Shown: positions 24,412 to 37,609, counted from the first letter of the stretch. The stretch is 64,000 nucleotides of DNA from Balanoglossus misakiensis (GCA_040954595.2 CM082588.2:1991027-2055026); one strand, 5' to 3'. Made by a program: numbers and translations. The notes: generated by a model from the sequence alone, not told the origin.

Positions 24412-24618
24412 ATAGACCGTTTTCCTAGTACTCTGCGAGGTCACGCGTGACTAGGCAATTTTGGGACGAATCGCATATAACATAGGACAAAAAACACATG
24501 GCCCATCACCTATTCCAGTTTCGTACAAAGCTTGACTTGTATTTCTATGATAGCAACCTGTTGCTACGGCAATTTACCAAGTCTCGCGAGATCTCGCTGT
24601 GAGCGGAAAATCATCTAT
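24412..24618. mobile_element. MITE-like element (~207 bp) with imperfect terminal inverted repeats
   Basis: Left end ATAGACCGTTTTCC; right end GGAAAATCATCTAT versus expected GGAAAACGGTCTAT (11/14 match). No coding capacity. Confidence 0.45.
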
Positions 24619-26728
24619 TGCCAATTTGTGTCTGAATGAGGAACGACGCTAGTCTTGGCGGGCGAAGATGCTCAGACACGAGCAGATTATGCAGAAAAGC
24701 CAAAGCCACATGGAGAGTGAAGACGCCATTTTGATCTCCGGGTAGGAGAAGTCACCACATTGTTCAAGAAGTGAAGATGCAAAGTGCCTACCCGCCGCCG
24801 GGCGTCAGGTGAAAGGGCAAAATTCTGCGAACGACAAATCGATAAACGTCTGCAGACTCAAATTAAAGATCGATAGGATTATTTTCTGTTGTATTTGACG
24901 TTAATTGCTCCAACCGAGAGGCAATTTTCCTTCCTCTCTAAACGTAGCAGTCGCCGTTCTGATCTCTATGCCTTGCAGCGGAGACAGGGAAGATGAAACC
25001 ATCAACGAAACTCGAGATGGTTTCGCATTATTTTCCTTGTTGATCCAATGTCTGTTCTTTACCCCGAATCGCCGCTTTCCAAAAGCATTGGCTGACTCTG
25101 CTAGAACATACAACGCATACATCGTTCGCTGACATGGTTTATGACTGGCGGCGGGGAAATTTGCTTAGAATCCAATCGTTTCGTTTGCTCCGGCTTTTAA
25201 ATAGTTTTACGACTATTATGGCATCTGTGTAAGTACGAACCAAATATTGTTGCATCTGGGGTTCTCGAATATTTCACATCCAGGCACCAGTGGTACACCT
25301 GCGCTAGCTTCATTCTATGCTATCAAGCAGTTTTAAAACTCATATTAGGCCATAATTGGGAGAGGGTCCCACTACGGCTGTTGCAGTCACGTGACTCGAA
25401 AGATATGCTGGAGACTTCCACCGTTGTATGTATAGTTTACGTTCAATTTCAGTTGAAAATGTGAATAAGTAAATCGACTACGAATATGGACAAAAATCGA
25501 TTTATATGAAAATTAGCTTGATGTTCCACTGCTATCCGAAATGGAACTTTGACAGAAATCGTATAAATCTTTAATTTTATGGGATGTTCAGAGGGAGACG
25601 AGTCTTCTCGGGTATCGCGTGTGCGTGACTCGTCGATCGCGTGTAATTATATGCATAATTAGTTTCATAAATTATTTGCGAAATTGTTGATCTTTGGTGT
25701 TCGGCAATACATTTCGATCAAAATATAGAATTCTCAACTGAATTGTGAAGGGGTTGTAAATGCATTAAATTTGCTGAATATTCGAAGACATTCCCAATTA
25801 AAAACGAAATTGAATGTCGGAACTTAAAGGCAGGCATGTGACAGGTCCTTCGGGTCGATTTCCTTCAAACCATCCAACCCCACCCAGTCTGAGTGAGCGT
25901 AATCACAGCTAAACCACCGCTTTGTTTCCCAAATACTTCAGAGTAGAATGATCAATTACCAAGGCAATCCATCAAGATGAACGATACTTCAAGATTACGC
26001 CAGATAAGCGATTACTGGTTGTTGCAACAGAAACAGCAGCTCGACTTCAGATGATCAGAAAAGCGATCTCAGATGAGGGAATTATTTTTCCGAATTATCT
26101 AGAATTCATAACAAAGTTCATGATACAGAAAAATATTTCTTTCCCGTTCTTGTTTGAACAAATGACTACATTAAGGTAGGTGCAGCTGGTGTCTTTTCTG
26201 AGCGACCGATATGATACATCATCACCCACGGTGTTTACAAAAGTGGGTCAAATATTCACGTCCCGTTAGACGCTCTAATGCGTCAGTGAATAATATGATT
26301 GTAAGCTTTCCCGGCGCACCTGGATTCATCAAGGGAATATTAAATTATCCTGGCCTTGAAAAGCTGTAAACAGCCCTTTAGCGGAAGGATACCGACTGGC
26401 TCCATCACAGAAAAGAAAAGAAAAGAAAAGTTCTTTCTTTATAGATCCACGAAGGAACTTTCAAAGTGGCCGGAACTCGACACTCGCTTATCAGATGAAG
26501 TTTCCATATTTCCACTAACAGAATATGGCAATTTCCTAACTATACAATATTTATGACAAAACTACATCATTGTTCCTAAAGCAGACAATACCACCGTTCA
26601 AAATCGACCTATCGATCATAAAAAAGGCAATTAGATTTCTCAATAAGGGCTTCGGCCAAAATGACTCCTATACGCTATAATAGTTCCTGGTTGCTTTGTC
26701 ATTAGTTATGGGCGTTATGGTCTTGACG

Positions 26729-26776
26729 CCACCACCACCACCACCACCATCACCGTCACCATCATCATCATCATCA
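26729..26776. repeat. (CCA)n(TCA)n trinucleotide microsatellite
   Basis: ccaccaccacca...tcatcatcatca. Confidence 0.85.
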
Positions 26777-29700
26777 CAATTCCTACTTAAGCGATTTACA
26801 CTTAAGCCCCCGGGGTGTTATTTCTTGTTAATTTTCTGTTGGGGCCGCCCTGATGTCGTCGACCCCTACTTAAGTAACATTTTTAAAGCAACGGTGAACT
26901 GATAAACTGATAGACACGGCTATTTGGATAACACGTTTCATTTACTCTGGGTCCTTCAATTAGCATCTAAAAATACTCTGAATTTGTGATGTGAGGCTTT
27001 GTCAAAGGTCAGGGTCAAAAACACGCTAGGGAATTACTTACTGAGAATGGATTCAGCATTCACCTGCAGAACAAACACCCTGCTGTAAATTGAGGTCATG
27101 ACATTCTGCAGCTGAGGTCAATAAGTGAAGGTAATTGACGTAAAATTTATATGCCGGTATTTTTGTTTAGATAAGGTTAAAATTGTTTCAAGATTGTGTG
27201 TGTGTTCGTATGTATGGCTCGAAGGGGGACAATAAAATAACCCCCTGTTCCGTTTCTCAAAAGCAGTTGAAAGAAATTCATTACTTTAGACTCACGACCT
27301 CTAACCTCATTAGTATTTTTGCAGTGAAATCCTCCCTGAAAACTTTACTCGAACAAGTACGCAGGACATCAACTTTCAATCGCCCTAACCGCATTCGATT
27401 TTAGAGAGATCCTTAGTTGTCTCGTAGAATCAAAATTACTCATGTCAACCGCGCCCACGTATCTGCTGCTCTTTTTACCCTGTTCCAAATGAACAATTTT
27501 CACTTAATAATACCGTGCGTCAAGATGTCAATTTTCGACTAATTTGTCTCCAGCTTGACAACCTTGCTACACATGCGATGGCATATTGACTCGAGTAAAT
27601 GAGCAAAATATATTTAAATTAGGCGAACAGTTCGTTAGGCGGTTGTTTGCGAAGAACGTCAAGCCCTGCGCCTTATGTATCAACAGTCAGTTCTAATTAC
27701 GTCTACCCACGCTTCTCAACCCTCAGGGTAGTATTACAACATGTGATGCTCTCCACTGTTTATTTTGGATAGTGCAGAGCTAAAAATAACCTCTAACTAA
27801 TACAATTTACACAACACTATACGTGCATGGGCGTTAGTATGCAGACGGGGGACAGCCAGTAGACACGTTGATGACATTTGCAAGAAGATTGCAGTGACTT
27901 GATGAAAATGAGCGTGTCGGGTTGCTGTTGATGAGGTTATGGTTTCACTTGCGAATTTCGATAACTCACTTATTATTTTAGCATTACCACGCATGCACTT
28001 GCTTTTTGAGGTTGTCATGTAAACGTATACGCATCGGTCAGTCTAGCAATGCACTCCACAATTTGCAAGTACTAAAATCTGTTTTTCATTACAAGTTATT
28101 TCGCAAAAAAACACAAGAAGTGGTCAAGAGAAGGAAGAAGCTGACTCAATATGTGATCGATGTGACGTAAGAAGAGATATGATGGCTTTATGAAGTAAGT
28201 GGAGCAAATTACAGTTTCTAATAAGGCACATGTCAAAATGAGTTTCCCAAGCATGTTTCTATAATTTGAAACTACTTAGAAAGACGTCAGAGCTCTGTCG
28301 TAGCAAATCTGGCGATCGACGTTTTACGTAGATGCCACATGTAGTCCATCACATTGGTTTAAGTCGGGGTACTTGACTGCTGTTTCCATAGCAACAGTCA
28401 ACTTCTCCAGGCAGAAATTTTATATTTCCGCTCATCGTCTGTCGAAACAGTCACCGCCTTCATAGAATATAAATGGTGTATCGCCCAAGTTATCTCGACT
28501 ACTCTCACGTTTTTATGACTATGTGCAATGATAAGGATTAGTGCCTAAATAAAATTCGCTTCCTTCGACGAGTAGCGACTTAACAGTGCGAAATGTTCAT
28601 TCACTCAAGATGTAGAGGCACGCATATTTTATCACATCTCCTCAATTGGAAAATGTCACGGGTCACATTGATCCTCGAAATGTAACCGCCGAAAGATCTA
28701 TATTGCAAATTGATAGAAAATATCAAGCTGAAAGGGCACGCAGCGTTAACTGTGTCAGCTTTTATTTTGCGGGAGAAGTAAAATATTAGTTTCTGAAAAG
28801 TGGATCGGAACCGGAAATTCCGTTGCAGAACACCTGCCTGCGTTTCATCTCTTCACTATAAAGATTAATTTCACCACTCTTTCTATCACCACTTCTGTTT
28901 TATAGAGACGGGGGTATCTTGTGTCCTGCTACCCCTATGTAAAGTCTCCCCGCCGTCTCTTTAACTTGATATTGACGCATGAGATCGTCGTCATCGCCGT
29001 AAATCAACCGGGGATGTCTTTGATATACTGACCTCAAAATAGCAACGTTCCATTACAGAAGGCGTAAATTACGCTATGCGGTTTGAATTTACATTGTTCA
29101 TTCAGGTTTAAACTGCCATGCTCTTAAGAATGACACGACAATCGTGAGTTGCTTTACACCTACACTAAAAATAAAACATTCTGCAAGCTCGGTTTATGCA
29201 GGTATCCATCTAAAATAAATGTTAAAGGGGTACACATGCTAATCGTAAAAGCCAATAAACTCTGTAACTGGCTTCGTTTGCATATTAAATTTGAAATTCT
29301 AATTTTGCATATTAGAGATATAGGCCTATATCTTTGCTCTGTAGATACACTCTTCAAACCTAATCTAATAAGGTTATACAAGTGCAGCTCAAATAGAACG
29401 CTTATGGCGTAAACATTAATGACATGTAACAAATAGTTTCAGTTAGGAAAAGTATTACAACAGTACTACACTAAACCCATTATGGCAAAACACGATCTTA
29501 AATCTTTTAATGGTTTTAATGGTACTGTGCTTTTATATAGGCAAAATAATCTTTTCAGTGAAATTTATATTGATATTCCAGATTTACGACTTTTGATAAA
29601 ATTGTGATGTATTTGCCCTCTTTACTGTTAGATGTTTTGCGTATGTTATTTGCAGTTACTGTAATGCTTTGCCACATCTATTCTTTGAAGTTGCCATGAA

Positions 29701-32700
29701 GCCACTGCAGATTATTCATAATGTTATCTCAGACACAATTTACTAGTATTGAACAAATTGCAATCTGAGCGTATAAAATACCGACAAAGGAGAGAAAAGG
29801 TATGACAAAATTTATGGAGGTTACGCAGGGTGGAGATAAAATATAGTTATTTAGAACTTATCTTGATGTTATTATGACGTCGAAACGCCTTAAATGGTCT
29901 GTCTATCACAGTTGACTCACGTTATCGACTGAGAGAAAATGACAATAAAATTAACAGGCTATCTGGAATAGCCACTTTACACGGATCATAAATTGTAACT
30001 AGGCAGATAATGTTGTGCTATGAAAATTGATACCGGCCATTATAAGGAAAATAAACACTTAGTGGGGTATTGGAATCGATGTGACAACGCAACGGCGATA
30101 GAATCCTGCAGAACCATGTAATGTTATTTCCCTCTTTAATGGGATATGGCCTGAAACGAATGTGTAATGCGTGTGTTCAATGAACACAGATGATGAAGAT
30201 CCATTATAGAACGGGAGGAAAAAAACCTGACTGTATCTATAATGGAACAGTTAATCGTTGTCATTACACTATTGTTTATATGCTAATAGTAATACTGTAC
30301 ACAACAGGGGTGCAGTGATGCTCAACAGTAGCGTGCAACCTGTCCAATTAGTGATCACTCCTGTACGTTTTTTGGGGGAAAAGCAATTAAATTCAATTTA
30401 ATCGAATTTTATGTCTCGCTACCTGACTTTTCTGTGTGTCGAACCCAGTTCAACAAAACATGTTATGAAAAGTGATGATGGAAAAGTACAATGACACGTT
30501 TTGATTGGATGGCAGTGTCTTGCATAGTAATGACCACTGCGCATTCCAGCAGGTGTGAAGATTCTGCGAACCAACAACGCGAGAGAGATAAAACAACATG
30601 TACAGACACATGCAAAATATAACCAGCGAAAGAGGTGTACACAATGCTATGTGCCACAATAATTTAATATAATTTGTCTTTTTGATTATTTCTGGCGTTT
30701 TATAGTTACCACATTATGTGGTCCGAGTCTGATCGATTGCCGGGCACTCGTATTCATGACTCACCATCCACAGCTGTGGCCTACAATTAGGAATCTGGTG
30801 ATGTGTGTTACATAATTGTGGATAGCATTGTGTCTCTATGGGCATAAATGGAGACGGTGTTAATTCGATATCAGCCTGAATATTAATCTTTTCTAATTCA
30901 CTGGCTCGTGACAAAATGTCTTTTTCATTCTAACTCTCTGCGTCTTCCCCTGCCCGAAATAAACATACATTGGCAAGCGAAGATAGACACTACGTTTGAC
31001 TGGAGACCGCTCCCTGTTGAGTCAACGTCCCTGATCTCGCCTGAAGCATTGTGGCACACCGTAATTGAAAATAAAGCGACAAGAGACATCAGTCGGAAAA
31101 GTGATAGTAATAATAATCCAGAGGAGAAATGGAGTGCATACAAAGCAAGTTAAAAGACAAACCTTTGTAGGTTCAATCTTCTGAACATAATGTTATGTTA
31201 CAGCAGTTAAGCTAAGTATAGCCAAGTTAAATGTGCAGTAGGAAAATGTACACACTTTGAAAACTTGGAATGGAAAGTGTTTTCGCTGGAGCTTTGCACC
31301 ATCTACTACATCACGTGACCTAACTGCTATAGATAACCTCTAAATCTGACGAGAAGTGGCCAAACCATAAATTGTTGTAATTGTTGTCATCATGAGGAAT
31401 ACCTGACAAAAGGATTCCATTCTGAAGACATCTGCTATCATGAATACTTTAAGAACCCATACATTCCCGCTCTGAGCGATAAATATTGATTATAATTTCA
31501 AAACGAGCATGTATTTTATAAATCTCGTGTACTTTACCGGCGGAAATTACCTCAGATGTCGAAATCGAGGATCTAATTTGTTTTTGTCAGGATACATTTC
31601 CAGGTAAGGACACGCAATGTCAACTGAGAACAACCAAAGTGTATTAACACACGGGCATGCCAGCAGTAACCGTGCTGACATACATCACACTAAATTGTCG
31701 CTGGCATATACGGTTTTACGACTTTGTATTTATACGTCCATTCCTCGCAGCTCTAGCAATCAATCCGCTATTTGCAATGCATCGACGTTGTGACTGTTGT
31801 TCGACGCACGTGCTCTGTGTGCCAAAATGTAGCGTGCTTGAAACTGCATTACTGGGGAGAGACGCAAGATGCGTACAGGTTAAAATTATCAGAGCGAGAG
31901 AAGAGTCTCGCCTCTCATAAGAATCGTCAAATGTTTTCCACTTTTCGGTGGAAATTAATCATGACCGACCGGGATTGATCGTTAGTTCTTTGTGTAGGAC
32001 GCCCTCCGGCGGAGAGCACTTTATCCGTACCATCTATAGCGAGAACTTCGCTTCCATAGTAAATGACAATTTTACAAAGCCCAGGCCTCCAGTGATACAT
32101 CTTAAATGGAGTTTTTATATTGCCACGTGGCAGTCTATTATCCCACCCTTATGGCCAGTGGGAAAGTTTGCGAGCTACTTAGGTTATGTAGTTATCAGGC
32201 CCATGGGTTTTCAATGAGATGCGAAAGACAGTTCTTGACGCAAAGGAAAGATAACGCTAATATTTCATATTTGTGATTACCACTCAAATTATCTAAAAAT
32301 AGACGCCGACGGCCCTGATAGCAAGAAATATCACGGAGAACAATAAATTATTTACGTAGTTAGAGGTCACCTCATACTGAGGTCACATCGTTGACAAGCC
32401 GAGCTCATTTATTATTTATATTTTGATCGGCGTTAAAGCCCCGTTGATGATCTGCCGGACATACAATGTACACGGTGCGTGTAACACGCAAGCTACGCTT
32501 CACGTATGCATGCGCCAATATATCAGACCGTGCTTGATTGTCGTTTCCGGCTTATTTGCATAATTCCATAAGGATATGGAAGCGTAAAGAAATGTTATTA
32601 AATTCTATCAGAAAAGTGGATGTTCTCTGATAAAATCGAGTTGGCTGAAGGTGAAGTACAAATGTACTTCAAGCGTATTTTGCCTTTAACATTTCCAGGT

Positions 32701-33085
32701 ACGAGGTCGATAATAGAAAGTAGGTCACTGCATTTTTTTGGTTCGGTTTACAGCAAATGTTCTGTTTATAAGCTGAATTATTACCGACTTTTATCCCATT
32801 ATCAGTATTTTTCGGCTTCCCGTTGATTGTCATTAAGCCTATGCCTTCCATCCCAGGAGAGATGGCAGCACTCAATCGTCATATATGAAAGTTATTTGTC
32901 AAGCAAATGAGACGTGTGATTATTGTGACCAATATGCATGATTAATATGGTAAATCTTTGTATTTAAAAGATAACACGCTGTCAAACGTGTATAGATTGA
33001 CAGAAATGGAACGGTCCTTATAATCTGAAGAGCGCCATCTCGAGTAGGCTGAAAGATCCCTCGTTCGAGGGCGCTCCTTACACGC

Positions 33086-33855
33086 ACAAGGGTGAGGTCA
33101 AAAAAACCGAGGTGCAGCACTGATCTGAGTGAACAGATCCCGTGAGGAGTACGGTGCCCAGAGTGCAAACACACCTAAGGTTTTTTGACATCTTTTTGCA
33201 TAAAATTATACAGGTACAGTCACAGAAACAGCATTCACAGAACAACGTTTGATTTTGGCGATAATTCGGAACAGAAATCAAGCAGTGTCACAACGCCCAG
33301 TGTGGGTCTATCTTACAACGACAGCTATGAAAAATATAACAAGGGTGAGGTCAAAAACCCGAGGTGCAGCACTGATCTGAGTGAACAGATCCCGTGAGGA
33401 GTACGGTGCCCAGAGTGCAAACACCTAAGGTTTTTTGGTCTCTTTTTGCATAGAATGGTACAGGACATCATAGAAACACCATTGACCGACCAATACCGAA
33501 AACCACGTTGGATTTTTTGGCAAAAATTCGGAACAGAAATCAAGAAGTGGCACACCGCCCAGTTAGTGTCGTTCTGAACGACAGCTATGAATAATGTCCC
33601 CAAAGCAAGCTGATCACATGGCCAAGAACGCCCTTCTGATTGGTGTTCGACGGAATATGAAATCAACCACCGAAAACGTGATGGAAAATCCCCCCATCTA
33701 AAGCTTCTGGAGCTATATCAGCTGTTTGGTGGGGGATATGCTAATGTGGTTTATGCTAATTTAGTTATGCTGATTCTCCTGTCTGTGAGAAATAAGCATA
33801 ACGAATTAGCATAGCTGCGGTTCCACAGCCACTCCAATACGTGGGGTGGCTATAC
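33086..33855. mobile_element. Non-autonomous Helentron/HINE-like repeat with a partial tandem copy (33086-33338 partial; 33339-33855 fuller)
   Basis: Both copies start ACAAGGGTGAGGTCAAAAA and are near-identical for ~100 bp, then more diverged. Terminal hairpin AGCCACTCCA-atacg-TGGGGTGGCT (33827-33851) precedes an A-run; subterminal inverted repeat 33752-33813. Confidence 0.55.
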
Positions 33856-34287
33856 AAAAACAACACGCCTGGGCCTACTGGACAAATATTGAATAACACA
33901 TCTATGACTGTATAAAAAGATTTTAAACTTCACAAAAGTTGCCATTCACCTGTTACACGTTCCCTTTCTTCTTCTCCGTCCTCTTCATCACCAGGCCAAG
34001 TCAAGTATGTTTTTGTATTGAAAAAAAAATTCAATATATCTGACATATCTTTCACTGGGACTGTTTATTTTTCAACAAACATTTTACAGAGTCATGGAAT
34101 AATTTCAAAAATTGCATTACAGGCCAAGGTAAAAGAAAGTTAATATTTACTACCATATCTGCATATTCGATTGCTAGGAATAAATATATAAATTAAGTCA
34201 ATGGTTCTACCAAACCGTTATATACGGTTCTCAAATTTCAATATATAAAAGTTGGAAGCGGCAACATCATCAAAATCGACTAATTAC

Positions 34288-37245
34288 TTAGAATGCTTGG
34301 CTTGGATTTCTCAACATTATATCATTATGATTGTTTTGATCTATATTTAATTGTGTATCGTCCAGTCTCGAAAGTTGTATTTTCCCGTTGCTTGTTGCAT
34401 ATTTTTGCCCTTTTGTTTTGGTGGGAAACGTTTCCTCTTCTATGATGTAATTGTTACTGAAGGCGGCGTTGTCTACGCCTCTATGGTTCGTTTCGCAGTC
34501 GCTGGTAAATGTTCGCTTATCAGTCTTGTGCTTACAGTGATGGACTGTAAATATGAAAACTCCCAGGATCACACAAAATGCTATGAGGCTTCCGAGGGCA
34601 ACACACGTGATGACAATCAGATTTGTACGACTGCCAACAAGAGTGTCACCGTCATCGATCACGTCTGTCCGCTTGCTTACAGTCGCCTCCGCTGTTCCTT
34701 GACCGGTAAACTTTAGCTCTGACACCGACGACGTTTCAGAGGTGGTGTCCTCGTTGGTCTGGTGAGACGTGGATAAACTGCTTGATTTTTGTGGTACCGT
34801 GGTGTCCGGCCAAAACGTTCTAGAAGATGCAGCCTCAGATGTCGATATTATGACATCATCAGTTGCAATGACACTGGTCTCTGTTGTCTCAATCAGTGAT
34901 GACGTCAACAAGCCTTCCTTTGATGTCTGATCATTGGTTGTCGCTGCTGAGGATGAAGTTGAGCCAGCAGACTCTGATTGGTGAACGTCTTCAGTTGAAG
35001 TAACGCCGTCATTTTCTGTATTCACACCAGAGGATGACGTCCATTCTTCCGTTGACGCCTGCTGATTGGTCGTCATATAATCCGACGAAATAGCAACATC
35101 AGAAGTTCCTTGAACGATATCAGTCGTAATGTTGTCCTTTTCGGTTGTAGACACTTGCACATGCGTTAGAACAGACTTTGGCGACTGATTATCAGCCGGT
35201 GTTTCAAACAATACACTCGAAAGCACAGAATCATCGGCACCAGAGGTCGTACGGTTGTCCTCTTCTATTGTTGCCAACAACGGCAACGTCGTCATTAGCG
35301 ACATCACAGACGTACTTGTTTCCGTTTCTGCGGACTGATTTATTTTGCGTGATATTCTGACGTCATCAACTGCCATATCACTCAAGAAGCTCGACCCAAC
35401 AACCCCTTCAAAAACCACCTGTCGGAATGAAATGCAGATCGTTAATTCAGCGAGCAACAAATACAAAACAACAAATAGTCAATGACAGCCCTGTACTAAA
35501 CAAATCGTCCTTTGGTGAAGTGTTACCTCAAGTCTGAGTGGAATTTTATTATTGCGACATTTTAAACCACCACTTGCCTGAAACGAACGTGTGGCGTTGA
35601 CATCTAGCTCCACTAGTAACCAATGGTCGCCATACGTGATCATTTCTCTGCCTTCTTTACTCCAGATCATCTCTTCGGATTTGTTAGTGACGTCACGCAC
35701 ATAAACGTTCATCTGACCTGAGAAGTGACAGAGATGCAAGATGATCAACCAATCTGTACTGCTTGTTAGACTATGTAAATTCCTTGAAGAATTTCTCGTG
35801 GTTGCGGCTCACGAGGAGCGGGTCACTCACCCATAGCGATTCCGTGCATGTGATTATAAAAGGTTACTGTATAATGTTCTTCGTCTTTCACCAGAACCAC
35901 TGGACTCAGCAGTCTCGCCCTGTCTCCCTCCGCCTGTGGCGAAGATGCCTCAACGTAGGCGTAGGTTCCTGTAACAGAGAGGTGTGTGAATGATGAAGTA
36001 CATCAGTGTTCGTCGTTGGCGGATCCTTTCATGACCAAGAGAGTTATACTCCTAGATAACAGACAGTGATAGGTCTATGGTCTTTAGTGATGCAGGTGCC
36101 AATCGCAGGTCATGGAGAACTCACCTTCACCAGATTCTCCATACGTGTGGTCATGCCTTGGTCCTGTGGCTCCAGATGGCGTGTTTCCCTGGTTTAACGT
36201 CCAGTCGAAATCATCGTGTTCATCTTGAGAAAAGTCGCAGAGCCCATTCTCGAAGTTGCATTCCGAAATGGTGACGTCCTGTGACGCTGTTGAGAGCACA
36301 AATAACGGTGGAAGAATGAATAAAGAGTAAACCTGTAACGATACAGTTAACTGCTGCCATAACGCACTTTATGGCAGAAGAAAGGGAAATCATCTCTTAA
36401 ACTCTACCAGTGACAGTGTGGTTATTGCCATTCTCTGTTACAAGCTATATCCTACATTTGCTTTTAGGGGGTGGTCGATAATGTTTGATTTCTGTCACAA
36501 TGACTGTGTGCGATTCAAAACACCTTTACGAGCCATTCTCTGTGAAATCACCGACAAATTAAAACGACAAGAGATTACCAGATACCTGGGCTAATTATCA
36601 TATCGCATTATCTTTTATGTGTAGCGGCCGTATGTCCGCCCACGGCATCGTGGTCAAACTTTTGCTGAAATAAAGTTTCATTGTAGAAGATCCTGGTGTC
36701 ACGCGTGACCGTCAACTGACACTGGTTTCGATTAAAACGATAAATGCCCACGTCCAATGAAGCATGAAATTTCGTCTGTGTGTGAGCATAACAGCAGGTT
36801 TTTATGGTGACGTCACAGACACCGATACAGCAATGTGTTGTTGTAAAGTTAGCCTGCCTCGCTAAAGGTACTTCTAATGTTGACAATTAATTCAGAATGT
36901 TTGTTTAGCTGCGTTTTGTTCAGAGCTTGTTCCCATTGGCAAGCTCTCCCGAGAGTGACGTCATCCCTAAAAAACGTTGTCGGACAATTTTAGCGGATTT
37001 CTTCGGTCTTGTCTATACAAGTTCAACTTTAAAGTGCGGTCTCCTTTGAAATGCCACATCTTAAGTCCCGTCCATGTTAACATTTAACCATTATATCTCA
37101 CTATTCTGTAGCACACAATAGAACAAATATTTCAGCATATTGCAGAAAATTGCCCCTGTCCACTCTCAAACAGCTTACCTTTTGAACAAAGGACGAGGCA
37201 GGTGAAAACCACCGCGTACGCTTGGTTCGAAAATGGACGAGACAT
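34288..37245 (-). CDS. MAM-domain, mucin-like Ser/Thr stalk, single-pass membrane protein (5 exons, ~545 aa)
   Basis: Exons 37245-37179 (signal [22 protein letters not shown]), 36286-36125 ([26 protein letters not shown]), 35968-35831 ([22 protein letters not shown]), 35717-35578 (IWSKEG..GDHW..FQ), 35418-34288 (VVFEG..MAVDDV, S/T stalk, [28 protein letters not shown]). Phases are compatible; total 1638 nt. Confidence 0.88.
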
Positions 37246-37609
37246 CTTCCAACAACGACGACAAGCCGTCCTACCACAGAAAAGTAATCCTGGTCTTTCT
37301 CGGGATCTTCGACGAGCAGTTTGGCCACACCACGGATCGTATTCATACACAGTGAATCAGCGTCAGGACTTCACAACACCGCGTACGATCCCAACAATGG
37401 AAACGATTATTGGCCGGGATTGGCAACTCGGGGGTAATAATTAATCCAACGAAACAAGTTGAGAGTTTCCGATTATACGCTCTACCTAATGGCTTTAGAC
37501 GCAGTCAAACAGTGTGAAATCAAGCAGATTCTATGAGAAACAATATCCCACGGCAAGAGTCACGGCCTGGAATGAGCCAATCTGTGAGCTATGCCAGAAG
37601 TTCGTGCCG

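Noticed and set aside
30506-30548. 12-nt match to the miR-34 5' end (TGGCAGTGTCTT) in a small hairpin
   Set aside because: The rest of the mature sequence does not match and the ~43-nt hairpin is too short for a pre-miRNA.
33086-33600. Direct repeat considered as CRISPR-like or a structured ncRNA array
   Set aside because: Only two long units, no repeat-spacer periodicity, eukaryotic context; better explained as a transposon.
36333-36393. Alternative first exon for the MAM gene ([20 protein letters not shown])
   Set aside because: It needs a 46-nt intron with a weak donor. The exon at 37245-37179 has a better signal peptide and an AAG|GTAAGC donor.
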